Of a stretch of DNA of 53,489 nt, positions 1 to 11,519 are shown piece by piece (the first letter of the stretch is position 1; every line of letters starts with the position of its first letter). The notes beneath the pieces are model-generated. The model was not told the origin of the DNA. It made no database searches and saw only the letters and a list, made by a program, of their open reading frames with translations. The translations under genes were made by a program, and so were the position numbers. Source of the DNA: Octopus sinensis (lineage: Eukaryota); NCBI RefSeq assembly GCF_006345805.1, contig NW_021834591.1, positions 1 through 53,489 on the forward strand, written 5' to 3'.

Positions 1-537
1 CCAGTCTGATCTGGCAAATGTTTCTACTTTCTACGGCTGGATGCCCTTCCTAACGCCAACCACTCCGTGAGTGTAGTGGGTGCTTTTTATGTGCCACCGG
101 CACAGGTGCCAGACGAGGCTGGCAAACAGCTACGATCGGATGGTGCTTTTTACGTGCCACCAGCATGGGGGCCAGGCGAGGCTGGCAAACAGCTACGATC
201 GGATGGTGCTTTTTACGTGCCACCAGCATGGGGGCCAGGCGAGGCTGGCAAACAGCTACGATCGGATGGTGCTTTTTACGTGCCACCAGCATGGGGGCCA
301 GGCGAGGCTGGCAAACAGCTACGATCGGATGGTGCTTTTTACGTGCCACCAGCATGGGGGCCAGGCGAGGCTGGCAAACAGCTACGATCGGATGGTGCTT
401 TTTACGTGCCACCAGCATGGGGGCCAGGCGAGGCTGGCAACGGCCACGGTCGGATGGTGCTTTTTACGTGCCACCGGCACAGGGGCCAGGCGAGGCTGGC
501 AATGGCCACGATCGGATGGTGCTTTTTACGTGCCACA
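1..537 (-). repeat. SINE-like element with an internal 63-bp tandem array (~7 units)
   Basis: Unit TGGTGCTTTTTACGTGCCACCAGCATGGGGGCCAGGCGAGGCTGGCAAACAGCTACGATCGGA at 141, 204, 267, 330 etc.; reverse complement of the element at 17500-17828, which has ~2.5 units. Confidence 0.85.
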
Positions 538-558
538 TATATATAATTATATATATAT

Positions 559-829
559 AACAATTGCAGCGTGGAAGGTGTTTATAAGCCATTTAAGAAA
601 CACGCAAAAAACGTTAGATTTACTTCAACATTTAAATTTAAGTTTTGTCAGTGAACAGGTCCCAGTCTCAAAGTGCCGAAAATATTTCGACAAATTAAAT
701 TTAAATGTTGAAGTGAATCTAACGGTTTTTGTGTGTTTCTTAAATGGCTTATAATCACCTTTCACGCTGCAATTGTTTTCGTTCCAGCACACGATCTCAG
801 ATCAAGTCACTCGCTATGCAAGTACATCT

Positions 830-831
<2 letters not shown>
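559..831 (+). mobile_element. Inverted-repeat element with hammerhead-like motif (G3-C8 core variant)
   Basis: Arms ~561-640 and ~695-775; spacer TTTGTCA-GTGAACA-stem II-GAAA-ATAT-TT-CGACAAA; between (TA)n tracts; related copy at 26236-26368. Confidence 0.6.
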
Positions 832-861
<30 letters not shown>

Positions 862-867
<6 letters not shown>

Positions 868-1223
868 GAGATAGGGGTTATGAGTGTAACCCACTATGGG
901 ATATCATTTAACCAATATACTGCCAGTGAAGTACCCAGAAAGGCTAATACATAAATGCTAAGAATTGCAATGCAATTAATTCATTTATTGTATTATATGG
1001 GCGAAGGTAAAATGTTTTACCTCAAATTCATAATAGAAAATAAGAAAATGGAGGAATAGATTTGTATCAATCATCAACTACATGGTATTATCTTACTTAT
1101 TGATGTGTACTGTTTTATTCTGTTTGAACTGGATGTTCCTAAATAATTAGTTAATAAATTATATGAATTGGTATTGTCTAGTAGTTGATGATTGATAGAA
1201 ATCTATTCCTCCATTTCTTATTT

Positions 1224-1225
<2 letters not shown>
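862..1225. repeat. (TA)n-flanked element with internal inverted repeat
   Basis: ~1036-1081 is the reverse complement of ~1180-1224; no intact ribozyme core seen. Confidence 0.55.
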
Positions 1226-1257
<32 letters not shown>

Positions 1258-1261
<4 letters not shown>

Positions 1262-1499
1262 CACATGACCAACCAGACCATCAGATGTTGTTACACATCG
1301 CTGGTCACAATGCGTTCGCATTGTTTTAACCTTCGAATGACGCCACCCCGCTGGCTAAGCGAGCAGGCCAACAGAAGAAAGAGTGGTGAAAGAGTACAGC
1401 AGGGATCACCACCCCCTGCTGGAGCCTCGTGGAGCTTTTAGGTGTTTTTGCTCAATAAACACACACAACGCCCGGTCTGAGAATCGAAACCGCGATCCT
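1258..1499 (-). mobile_element. tRNA-derived SINE, family B head with tail type 2 (5'-truncated)
   Basis: Reverse complement of 40320-40566; shares the AAACACCTAAAAGCTCCACGAGGCTCC body with 18670 and 23764. Confidence 0.75.
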
Positions 1500-1689
1500 G
1501 TGGATAAGCAAAGGCTAGAAAGAAATGGAGCTAGTATGCTTCACTGGATGGGTTATGTCATATCTTAAAGAGAAAAACTGGGAAAACAGCGCCATGATGC
1601 AATTCACTCTGCCAGATGATGATGATGATGATGATGATATATATATATGTAGGTGTGTGTGTGTACATGCACTTGCACACTTGCATTTG

Positions 1690-2399
1690 GAAACAACATG
1701 CTCTCCTGATTGGCATTCATGCCAGAAGTTCTAATAGGAACATTTCAGAGTCTTTGGATGTTAATCTGAGGACAGAGCATGTATTGAATGTGATAAAAAT
1801 CAAACATCCAGTCAATGTCATGGTGTTTAGAGTGATCACTAGTAATGACAATGTTATTTTGCCATTCATCTTCCCACATGGCCTTGGACTCAACACAGAG
1901 GTCTACATCAAGTGCCTGGGTGAGGTAGTGCTGCTCTGGGTGAAGAGGGTGGCTGCTGGAAGACCCTATGTCTGGCAACAGGACTCTGCACCCTGCCACA
2001 CAAGCAGGAGAACCCAGTCATGGCTGTCAGACAATTTCTGTGACTACGTCACCCATAGCATCTGGCAATCTAATTCCCCAGACTGCAACCCCTTTGATTA
2101 TTATGTGTGGGGTGCAGTTGAGCAAGAGACCAACAAAATTTCTTGTAACACCAAAGATGAACTGAAGACAAGGATTATGGCAGCATTCACCAACTTAAAC
2201 AAAGAGACCGTCCAGAAGAGTTGCAGGAGATTCTGAAGTCGTCTGGAGGCGATGGTTGAAGCCAATGGCGATTTTATTGAATAAATTTACTCTTTAGTAT
2301 TTCAAGATATTTTTATGGAATTTTGGTAAATATATCTGTTAAAATAAGATGTCAGTGATATTTTCATTTTTGCATAATTTAGAGAACAGTTTATTCACC

Positions 2400-2402
<3 letters not shown>
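1690..2402 (+). mobile_element. Tc1/mariner DD37D (maT-type) transposase relic
   Basis: ORF 1616-2236 has WQQDSAPCH...SPDCNPFDYYVWG with 37 residues between the second and third catalytic Asp; N-terminal part deleted. Confidence 0.85.
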
Positions 2403-2437
<35 letters not shown>

Positions 2438-2914
2438 CAAAATGGGACAAAACGCAAAACATCTGGACAGTTAGGTGATACAAAAATGGGACAACAAAAC
2501 ATCCAGATAGACGATACAAAGAAAACAAGGAAGGGTCATTCGAAGTTTTCTTTCCTCAGTCAAGTACCAGATTATTTTCACAATTTCAGCTGATTATACT
2601 CAAGATTGCTCCAATCTGGCCCCAAGGAATATATATATATATTTGTTAAAATGAGATGTCAGTGTTATTTTCATTTTTGCGTAATTCATATATACATACA
2701 CTCATACACACTTAGTGTTGGTGGGTGGGGGTGCAAGGGAAGGATTGCTATTATAGTTCAAGTACCTTTAGCTGGAATCTGGTGTTAGGAATGTTTTTGA
2801 GGACAAGAGCAAAACAAAATAAAAAAGCAAAAAGAGGTTTTATAGCAAAAATAATTGTAAATAAATATTTTATTAATCATCTCTCTTGTCCTCTTCTCCT
2901 TTCTGTGTACACAC

Positions 2915-3490
2915 GTGTCATTGTGTGTATGCGTGTGTGTGTGTGTATGTGTGTGTGTTTGTGTTTTGCGTTTGTGTGTGTGCCTATGTGTGTGTGGAGT
3001 GTGTGTCAGTGTGTGTGCTTGAGTGCTTATGTGTGTGCGACTGTATGTGCTTATGTGTGTGTGTGTGTGGGGGGGTGCCAGTGTGTGTGTGTGTGTGTGT
3101 GCTTGAGTGCCTATGTGTGTGTGTATGTGTTTGTTTGTGTGACTGTATGTGCATGTGTGCATGTTACTATGTGTATGTGAAGTGTGTGTGTGTATGTATG
3201 TAGAGTTGTGTGTGTGTGCTTGAGTGCCTATGTATGTGTGTATGTGTTTGTGTGACTAAGTGCATATGTGTGTGTTACTATGTGTATGTGGAGTGTGTGT
3301 GTATGTGTGTGTTTCTGTAACTATGTATGTGTGTATGCACATGTGTGTGTGTGTGCATATGTATGTGAGTAAACGTGACTCTGAGTATGTGTATGTATGT
3401 GGGCGAGTGTGTGACTTAGTATGTTTATGTGTGAGCACGTGTGTGTATGTGTGAATGTGCGTGTGTGTGTGTGTGTGGTGTGTGTGTGTT
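2915..3490. repeat. Degenerate (TG)n tract
   Basis: Directly visible simple repeat. Confidence 0.9.
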
Positions 3491-3501
3491 TATGTACTTA
3501 C

Positions 3502-3538
3502 GCTTTGCTCAAATCCCACTTCTTTGGGTTTTCTTGAT
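3502..3538 (-). CDS. Coding exon 3 of the same gene (37 bp)
   Basis: Polypyrimidine acceptor ttttctctttctttgttgatacag|AT, donor GC|GTAAGT; phase 1 matches exon 2 and gives YQENPKKWDLSKA. No further exon found in 1-3501. Confidence 0.75.
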
Positions 3539-3597
3539 CTGTATCAACAAAGAAAGAGAAAATATTATGACAACATGAGTGTAAACGTGTGTACATG

Positions 3598-3640
<43 letters not shown>

Positions 3641-4064
3641 CTGTATATATATATATATATATATATGAGGAACCAATGAAGGCTGGTAGGCAAAAACTTC
3701 GAAGTCACTGTCAACAACATTCTTGTAGATGCATAATAAACATGTGCTTTATAAAAGGCCTCCAGTCTAAGGAAAATATTTTTCTTTTTATAACTCATAT
3801 GACACAGCATCAAAATAAGAATCAATATGTGTGTGGTGTATGTGTGTATATGTGTGTGTGCATGTGTGTGTGTGTGTGTGTATAGGCGCAGGAGTCTTAC
3901 CATACAAATACAAAAAGCCAGGCCCCTTTCCCTCCTCCTCCTCCTTCACAAAATATATTTTTCTTCTTTCTTCTCCCTTGCTTTGCAAACCCCACAAAAT
4001 TGTTTATATATAAAAAAGGCCAAGAAATCTAACTTTAAATCACTTTTTGATAATAAAACATTAA

Positions 4065-4476
4065 GGCGCAGGAATGGCTGTGTGGTAAGTAGCTTGCTAA
4101 CCAACCACATGGTTCCGGGTTCAGTCCTACTGCGTGGCATCTTGGGCAAGTGTCTTCTGCTATAGCCCCGGCCGACCAATGCCTTGTGAGTGGATTTGGT
4201 AGACAGAAACTGAAAGAGCCTGTCGTATATATGTATATATATATATATATGTATGTCTGTGTGGTGTGTGTGTGGTCTGTGTTTGTCCCCCTAGCATTGC
4301 TTGACACCGATGCTGGTGTGTTTACGTCCCCGTCACTTAGTGGTTCGGCAAAAGAGACCGATAGAATAAGTACTGGGCTTACAAAGAATAAGTCCCGGGG
4401 TCGATTTGCTCGACTAAAAAGAAGGCGGTGCTCCAGCATGGCCGCAATCAAATGACTGAAACAAGTAAAAGAGAGA
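4065..4476 (+). mobile_element. tRNA-derived SINE, family A
   Basis: A box TGGCTGTGTGGTAAG, B box GGTTCAGTCC, internal (TA)/(TG) tract, GAGTAAAA-type tail; more than 10 copies in the window. Confidence 0.9.
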
Positions 4477-4480
4477 AAAC

Positions 4481-4695
4481 AGCAAAAATACAGGGAAAAT
4501 AACCCTTAGAAGGCAGAAAATTTGTCAGCAACCAGCCAAGGAACTTGAGCCCACATTCCTCAAAACTCTAGCAAAGTTCTTTACCATTAAGCTAAACTAC
4601 TCACTGAGAAACTTATCTACAAATTTAGAAACTAAAAGCTGTTTGTTGACAAATTTTTCTGCTTTTATGGGGGTTATTTATCCAGTATTTCTGCT
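4481..4695. repeat. Diverged inverted repeat enclosing a tRNA-like segment
   Basis: ~4481-4535 pairs with ~4637-4695; minus strand of the spacer reads TAGCTTAATGGTAAAG...GGGCTCAAGTTCC (A/B-box-like). Confidence 0.5.
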
Positions 4696-4855
4696 CTTCT
4701 AATGGTAATTTTGGGTTAAAATAATATAATCAAATTTATATCGTTCTATACACATTTTGGCCCTTATAAAAACAAATATTAGCTTGTTTGTGTGTGTATG
4801 TGTGTGTATTCACATGCACACACAAAAAGAGAGAGAGAGAAAGATAGATGGATGG

Positions 4856-4886
<31 letters not shown>

Positions 4887-4938
4887 ATGACAAATAACCA
4901 GTTTTTAGCATTCCATTTTTATTCTATTCATGTCATTG

Positions 4939-4967
<29 letters not shown>

Positions 4968-4974
<7 letters not shown>

Positions 4975-5330
4975 ATATTAATTAGAGACAAAACCACTAT
5001 TTTGCAAAACAAACAAGGAAAGACTTAATCAATACATAAAATTTTAATAAAAAGTTAAAAAATTTATTCATAAATTGAAACTGATTTGAAAATCGGAAAT
5101 CCACCTGAAGATTGTCGTTCAAGACATGAAACAATTGTAGTGGGCGTTTTTTTACTTTTATTATAAAATTTTATGTATTGATTAAGTCTTTCCTGTTTGT
5201 TTTGCAAAATAGTGGCTTGTCTCTAATTAATATTATATAAATTTTACTATAAAATTGGATTTAATCCTAAATCTGATTTTTTCCCTGTAAATTTGGATTT
5301 ATTCCCTAATATTTATTATTATAATATTAT
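4968..5330 (+). mobile_element. Inverted-repeat element carrying a hammerhead ribozyme
   Basis: Arms ~4972-5062 and ~5147-5237; (TA)n flanks. Confidence 0.7.
5101..5143 (+). ncRNA. Type I hammerhead ribozyme motif
   Basis: CCAC-CTGAAGA-T-TGTC(GTTCAA)GACA-T-GAAA-CAATTG-TA-GTGG: stem I, full core, stem II, palindromic stem III, UA cleavage site. Confidence 0.75.
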
Positions 5331-5343
5331 TATATATATTATA

Positions 5344-5720
5344 GGCGCAGAGTGGCTGTGTGGTAAGTAGCTTGCTAACCAACCACACGGTTGCGGGTTC
5401 AGTCTCACTGCGTGGCATCTGGGCAAGTGTCTTCTGCTATAGCCCCGGGCCGACCAATGCTTGTGAGTGGATTTGGTAGACGGAAACTGAAAGAAGCTGT
5501 CGTATATGTCTATATATGTATTTATAATGGTGTGTTGAGTGTTGTGTGTCTGTGTTTGTCCCCCTAGCATTGCTTGACAACCGATGCTGGTGTGTTTATG
5601 TCCCCGTCACTTAGCGGTTCGGCAAAAAGAGACTGATAGAATAAGTACTAAAAGGTGGTGCTCCAGCATGGCCGCAGTCAAATGACTGAAACAAGTAAAA
5701 GAGTAAAAGAGAGTAAAGAG
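5344..5720 (+). mobile_element. SINE family A
   Basis: Near-identical to 4065-4476 with an internal deletion. Confidence 0.9.
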
Positions 5721-5944
5721 TATATATATATATATATATATGTGTGTGTGCTAATGTACATATGGCTGCATAACTATATGTCTTGTAAACAATCTCTAAT
5801 CCCCAAACTCCAAATTCTTAATAAATTTCAAAGACATGAATAGGAATACTCGTGGGAATACACATGTACTCTATGAAAAGCTAATAGATGTCTCTCTTGA
5901 AAAGTCTCAAGACTTCTGGAATGCACCTTGTATGGTGTGTGTGT

Positions 5945-5946
5945 GT

Positions 5947-6016
<70 letters not shown>

Positions 6017-6566
6017 TGTATGTATGTATGTATGTATGTATGTATGTATGTATGTATGTATGTATTATGTGTATATGTATGTATGTATGTATGTATGTAT
6101 GATGTATGTATGTATGTATGTAGATACATATATATAAATACAATATATACATATATATATATACATAATACATATATATATATATATATATACAATTATT
6201 ATATATATGTATATATATAAATTTGGTTTAAATGTTTGACACTCAGCACCGTCCATTGGATGGGGGGGGGGGGCGTTTTGCTGTATCGTGTGTGTGTGTG
6301 TTGTGTGCTTGTGTGGTGGGCATATATTTGTGTGTTTGTGTGTATGTGTGTTTGTGTGTGTGTAGTTCCTGCTGGATGGACGAGGGATGACCTACTGCTT
6401 GATAACTTCTTAATTGGTGATGACGTTGATAATAATTATCATTATTACTGCTACAATGAACAATATCATTACCACCACCACCACCACCACCACCACCGCA
6501 ATCCTCACCACCACCATCATCATCACCATCATCATCATCACCATCATCATCATCATCGCCATCATC

Positions 6567-6598
<32 letters not shown>

Positions 6599-6638
6599 CA
6601 TCGTTGTCGCCGTCATCATCATCATCATTATTACCATC

Positions 6639-6670
<32 letters not shown>

Positions 6671-6674
6671 TATC

Positions 6675-6708
<34 letters not shown>

Positions 6709-6845
6709 TCATCATCACCATCATCATCATTATTGCCATATAATCATCATCATCATCATTGACATCATTAACATCATCGTTATTGACATCATCATCATCA
6801 TCATCATCATCAACATCATTGCCATCATCATCATCATTGTCCGCC
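5945..6845. repeat. (TA)n, (TATG)n, (CAC)n/(CAT)n microsatellites
   Basis: Directly visible; source of the poly-His/Ile/Met ORFs. Confidence 0.9.
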
Positions 6846-7278
6846 TCAGCACAACTGCCACCATCACCACACATACGCACTCATATACAAACATATTACT
6901 CGACCGAGTAAACACATGTGCATCGTTAAGTATTTATTTACGACAACGACGTCCATGTAAGTGGGACACACACTTCCTATTCCAAGAACAACAACCCAAG
7001 GCGTAACACTCTCTTGCCGGATAGTCCTCACCACCACCACCACCACCATTTCTCTTTCCATATCCTCCTCCTCCTCTTACTCTCCTTTTCCTCCTCCTCA
7101 TGCCAGTCCTTTACACCCACCTCATCGCTTCACTTCCTCACTTTCTGGCCCCTGTCTCACAGCTATGCGTTGTACAGCAGCGGAGAGGAAGCCGTTTGGG
7201 TGCAGCTCATTAATTATCTTAATAATCAACCTACGGTATCTTTTAAATTATTTTGGAGGTTGGAGTGATGATGATAGT

Positions 7279-7616
7279 GAAGGCACATGGCTCAGTGGTT
7301 AGAGCGTCGAGCTTACAATCGTGAGGTTGTAAGTTCGAATCCCGAACCAGGCTGCGTGTTGTGTTCTTGAGCAAGACTCTTTATTTCACATTGCTCCAGT
7401 TCACTCAGCTGTAGAAATAAGTTGCGATGTCACGGGTGCCAAGCTGTATCGGCCCCTTTGCCTTTCCCTTGGATAACATCAGTGGTGTGGAAAGGGGAAG
7501 CCGGTATGCATGGGCGACTGCTGGTCTTCCATAAACAACCCTCCCTGGACTTGTGCCTGGGAGGGTAACTTTCTAGGTGCAATCCCATGGTCAGTCATGA
7601 CCGAAGGGGGTCTCAG
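7279..7616 (+). mobile_element. tRNA-derived SINE, family C (CORE-like), with target-site duplication
   Basis: TGGCTCAGTGGTTAGAGC A box, GTTCGAATCCC B box; GAGTGATGATG repeated at ~7263 and ~7617. Confidence 0.8.
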
Positions 7617-8337
7617 AGTGATGATGTTCCGGTAATATATAGAACTGTACTACACAACTTTGTATTGAACTATACTATTGAATTATATACTATACTATGT
7701 TACACTGTACTATGCTATACTGGCACTCAATTACTGGAGGGTATATCAGCCGAAACGTTGTGTTAACAACAAACAAGATGAGGACAAATATCCGTCAAAT
7801 GTAAATAATGTAAATAATGTAAATAATTCCTCATCTCTTAAATATAGAACTGTTTACTATATTATTCTCTAATTAAATTTTATTGCGCTTTACTATGTGA
7901 TGAGGTGACTGAGTGCAACCGTTTGAATGTTGATGATTTGGTGTAGCTGGCTGGTGTGGCAGATTTTGGTCCTGGAGTGCACACACACACACATACACAT
8001 GTACACATGAACACACACATATGTAGGAAAGATGGTGTGAATGGAGAGGGTGGGGAAGGGAGAGATGCAGGGAAGGAGATGGAGATGGGGGAGAGAGAGA
8101 GAGAGAGGGAACGTTACACTGTATTAATTGTACATAAACACTTTCCCTCTCCTATAACAATAAAAGCAAAATTCTGTAGGTCCGTCTGTCCATCCGTCCG
8201 TCCATCGGTCCGGATCACCGTATCTCACTCAACATTTGCTCTACATAGACACATTATACCTTTTTTTGAAATCAGGACTATCCTGGGATTGAAACCAGAT
8301 GCCCTTCATTTGGTTCTTGAACACCCAGCATTGGGAT

Positions 8338-8729
8338 CAGGAGTGGCTGTGTGGTAAGTAGCTTGCTTACCAACCACATGGTTCCGGGTTCAGTCCCACT
8401 GCGTGGCACCTTGGGAAAGTGTCTTCTTCTACTATTGCCTTGGGCCGATCAAAGCCTTGTGAGTGGATTTGGTAGACGGAAACTGAAAGAAGCCCGTCGT
8501 ATATATGTATATATATATATAAATTTGCGTGTGTTTGTCTCCCCAATATCGCTTGACAACCGATGCTGGTGTGTTTATGTCCCCGTAACTTAGCAGTTCA
8601 GCAAAATAGACCGATAGAATAAGTACTAGGCTTACAAAGAATAAGTCCTGGGGTTGATTTGCGTGACAAAAGGCGGTGCTCCAGCATGGCCGCAGTCAAA
8701 TGACTGAAACGAGTAAAAGAGTAAAAGAG
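8338..8729 (+). mobile_element. SINE family A
   Basis: Same consensus as 4065-4476. Confidence 0.9.
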
Positions 8730-8753
8730 CATGCATAAAGAAAGAAAGAGAGG

Positions 8754-8787
<34 letters not shown>

Positions 8788-9239
8788 GAAAGAGAGGGAG
8801 AGAGGGGGAGGGGGAGAGAGGGAGAGAGAGAGAGACAGGCAGGCATGCAGGCAGTTAGACAAACAGAAGGAGTGGGAGAGAGGGTGGGGATGAGAGAAGC
8901 AGTAAAACGGTCCATGTCAAATAAGTCAGCACCAAATTGGCAACATTAAACACCACAACCCTACACCATGCGGTCCTGAGTATGACTTCAAAATGCATCC
9001 AGGAGTTCCAGGGTTTTTGAGGATTGTGGAACCACCACTTAGCCACTGTTCTTCCCAGGTCTACTCTGACCCAGAGAGTAGCGCCTGTTAGGGTCTCCTA
9101 ACTACGAAGAATTAATTAACATAGATACCGTTATTGGACCCAGAGCAAGATGACAGCCCTTCAGCTCTTGAGCTGCTCATCTCAGAGGAGGTAGTAACCC
9201 CATACAAATCCTACATTTTGATTACTTCTGAGCTCGGTT

Positions 9240-9467
9240 GCAGCAGCAGCAGCAGTGGTGGTGGTGGTGGTGGTGGTGTGGTGGTGGTGGTGGCGGTGGT
9301 GGTGGTTGTGGTGGCGGTGGTGGTGGCGGTGGTGAGGGAGCAGCAGCAGGGACAGTTGTGAAAGTGGAGATGGTGACAGTGTAAGTGGTGGCAGTGGTGG
9401 TGGTGGTGTTGGTGGCAGTGGTGGCAGTGGTGGCACCCACTGGCAGCAACGGTAGCAGTGGTGGTGA

Positions 9468-9498
<31 letters not shown>

Positions 9499-9837
9499 TA
9501 GTAGTAGTAGTAATAGTAGTAGTAATAGTAGTAGTTGTAATAGTTGTAGTAGTAGTAGTAGTAGAGTAGTAGTATTACTAGTAGTATTAGTAGTAGTAGT
9601 AGTTGCAGTAGTAGTAGTAGTTGCAGTAGTAGTAGTAGTAGTAGTAGAAAAAGAAGAAGTGATGGTGGTGGATCATCATCATCATCATGCTGGTGGTGGT
9701 GGTGGTGGTGGTAACAGTTGTGATGTTAATAATAATAATAATAATAGCAGCTTTAATGATGGTTACGATGGTGATGTTGGTGGTGATGATGATGACAAAA
9801 AAAAAACGACAATAACAACGATGATGATGATGATGAC

Positions 9838-9875
<38 letters not shown>

Positions 9876-10126
9876 CCTTGATCGCCATTTTTAATGATTG
9901 TGTTAATAGTTCTGGTGACAGTGATGATACAAGTGACACAGTAATTTGATGGCGGCGGCAGCGGTGGTGGTGGTGGTGGTGGTGGTGGCGGTGGTGGTGA
10001 TGTAGCTATTGTCATTGCTGTTGTCATTGCTGTTGATGTTGTTGTTGTTGATATTGTTGTTGCTGTTGTTGTTGTCGTTGGCAGTGGTGATGGTGGTGGT
10101 GGTGGTGGTGGTGGTGGTGGTGGTGT
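9240..10126. repeat. Compound trinucleotide repeats (GTG, TAG, GAT, TTG)
   Basis: Directly visible. Confidence 0.9.
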
Positions 10127-10155
10127 TGATTAAAATGAGTGAGTATTATACTTAC

Positions 10156-10249
10156 AGTATCCATGTTCTGTAAACTGGACAAAACTATCAATATGCAACA
10201 CATTCAATGGACCAAGGGACAGACTGGTGTTCACTGACTGCACTCGAAA
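10156..10249 (-). CDS. Coding exon 2 of the same gene (94 bp)
   Basis: Acceptor ttattccacag|TTT, donor T|GTAAGT; open in phase 0: FRVQSVNTSLSLGPLNVLHIDSFVQFTEHGY + 1 nt; unique sequence island between microsatellites; too short for the ORF track. Confidence 0.8.
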
Positions 10250-10360
10250 CTGTGGAATAATGACAGACACAACAGTATGATAGGGAGGGCTGTACGTATA
10301 TATATATATACATTATTATATATAATATACACATTATATATATATATATATATATATATA

Positions 10361-11330
10361 TTGGTAAAAACGGTAAGATAACAAAAGAAAGAAAGAGACC
10401 TCAATATTATGTTAAATGGAGGAAAGTTTATCTATATAAAACCTTTATATAACGACATTTTTTCATCCCTTTATATAATGGTATTTTTTCATAGAGTTTT
10501 CAGATTGGATACGAACCAAAGAGATGGTGTTGTGGGTTTCCACGTCGGCATCTGAAACTCAGAGTTTTATCTTGACTATTGAATAATTGTAACATATCTT
10601 ATAAGTACATATATCTATTGATAAAAATGGTAAGACAGCAAAAAAAAAGGAAAGAGACCTCAGGAGTGGCTGTGTGGTAAGTAGCTTGCTAACCAACCAC
10701 ATGGTTCCGGTTCAGTCCCACTGCGTGGTATCTTGGGCAAGTGTCTTCTGCTATAGCCCCGGGCCGACCAATGCCATGTGAGTGGATTTGGTAGACGGAA
10801 ACTGAAAGAAGCTGTCGTATATGTTTATATATTATGTATGGGTGTGTGTGTGTGTTTGTGTGTCTGTGTTGTTCCCCCTAGCATTGCTGACAACCGATGC
10901 TGGTGTGTTTACGTCCCCCGTCACTTAGCGGTTCGGCAAAAGAGACCGATAGATAAGTACTAGGCTTAAAAGAATAAGTCCCGGGGGTGATTTGCTCGAC
11001 TAAAGGCGGTGCTCCAGCATGGCCGCAGTCAAATGACTGAAAAACAAGTAAAGAGTAAAGAGAGTAAGAGTATTATGTAAATAGAGGAATTATCTGTAAA
11101 TGTAATATGTGACAATTATTCGGTAGCCATGATAAAACTCCGAGTTTTGGATGCCGAGGTGGAAAACCACGCTGCCATCTCTTCAGTTATCTGGCCATCG
11201 GAAAAATGCTATGAAAAATGGCCGTTATACAAAGGGAAATTACTGTGTGATTGACCGTTATTAAGACAAAAGAGCTATTCGAATGACCGCTAAGTAAGGG
11301 AGTAAAGTAAGGGGGTAAAAAGTTCATAGT
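10361..11330. mobile_element. Direct + inverted repeat element with two mutated hammerhead copies, interrupted by a SINE
   Basis: 10361-10405 repeats at ~10617-10662; ~10455-10600 is the reverse complement of ~11100-11240; hammerhead-like at 10512-10571 (+) and 11131-11191 (-). Confidence 0.65.
10661..11070 (+). mobile_element. SINE family A
   Basis: Same consensus; nested in the inverted-repeat element. Confidence 0.9.
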
Positions 11331-11519
11331 ATTCGCGTAAGCGCGCCTGTTCATACCTACACATGTGCACCTGCACACCGACGTGTGTCTGTTTAAAAGT
11401 ATACATTCATCCACCATCACTTCAAAAACGTACACATCCTCACTCTAACGATGCATGGGTCATCCATGTGCAGACCGGATCGCCTACACATGAAGAGAGC
11501 AAATGGAGAAAGAGGACTG

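Noticed and set aside
78-537. CRISPR-like array or repeat protein
   Set aside because: Units are identical end to end with no unique spacers, there are no cas genes, the context is eukaryotic, and it is part of a dispersed repeat.
2432-2628. Additional hammerheads at ~2535-2570, ~26048 and ~26715-26760
   Set aside because: Only half cores or multiple core mismatches; probably decayed members of the same class but not supportable.
6236-7006. 256-aa His/Ser/Ile-rich ORF and similar CV-, YI-, HT- and MYVC-rich ORFs across the window
   Set aside because: Translations of microsatellites with no splice or domain support.
7279-7355. tRNA genes at SINE heads (also 15232, 19058, 23764, 49184)
   Set aside because: A/B boxes run on into SINE bodies without a complete cloverleaf or terminator.
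8150-8335. Helitron 5' fragment
   Set aside because: Only a suggestive start and a (CCGT)n tract; no 3' end found.
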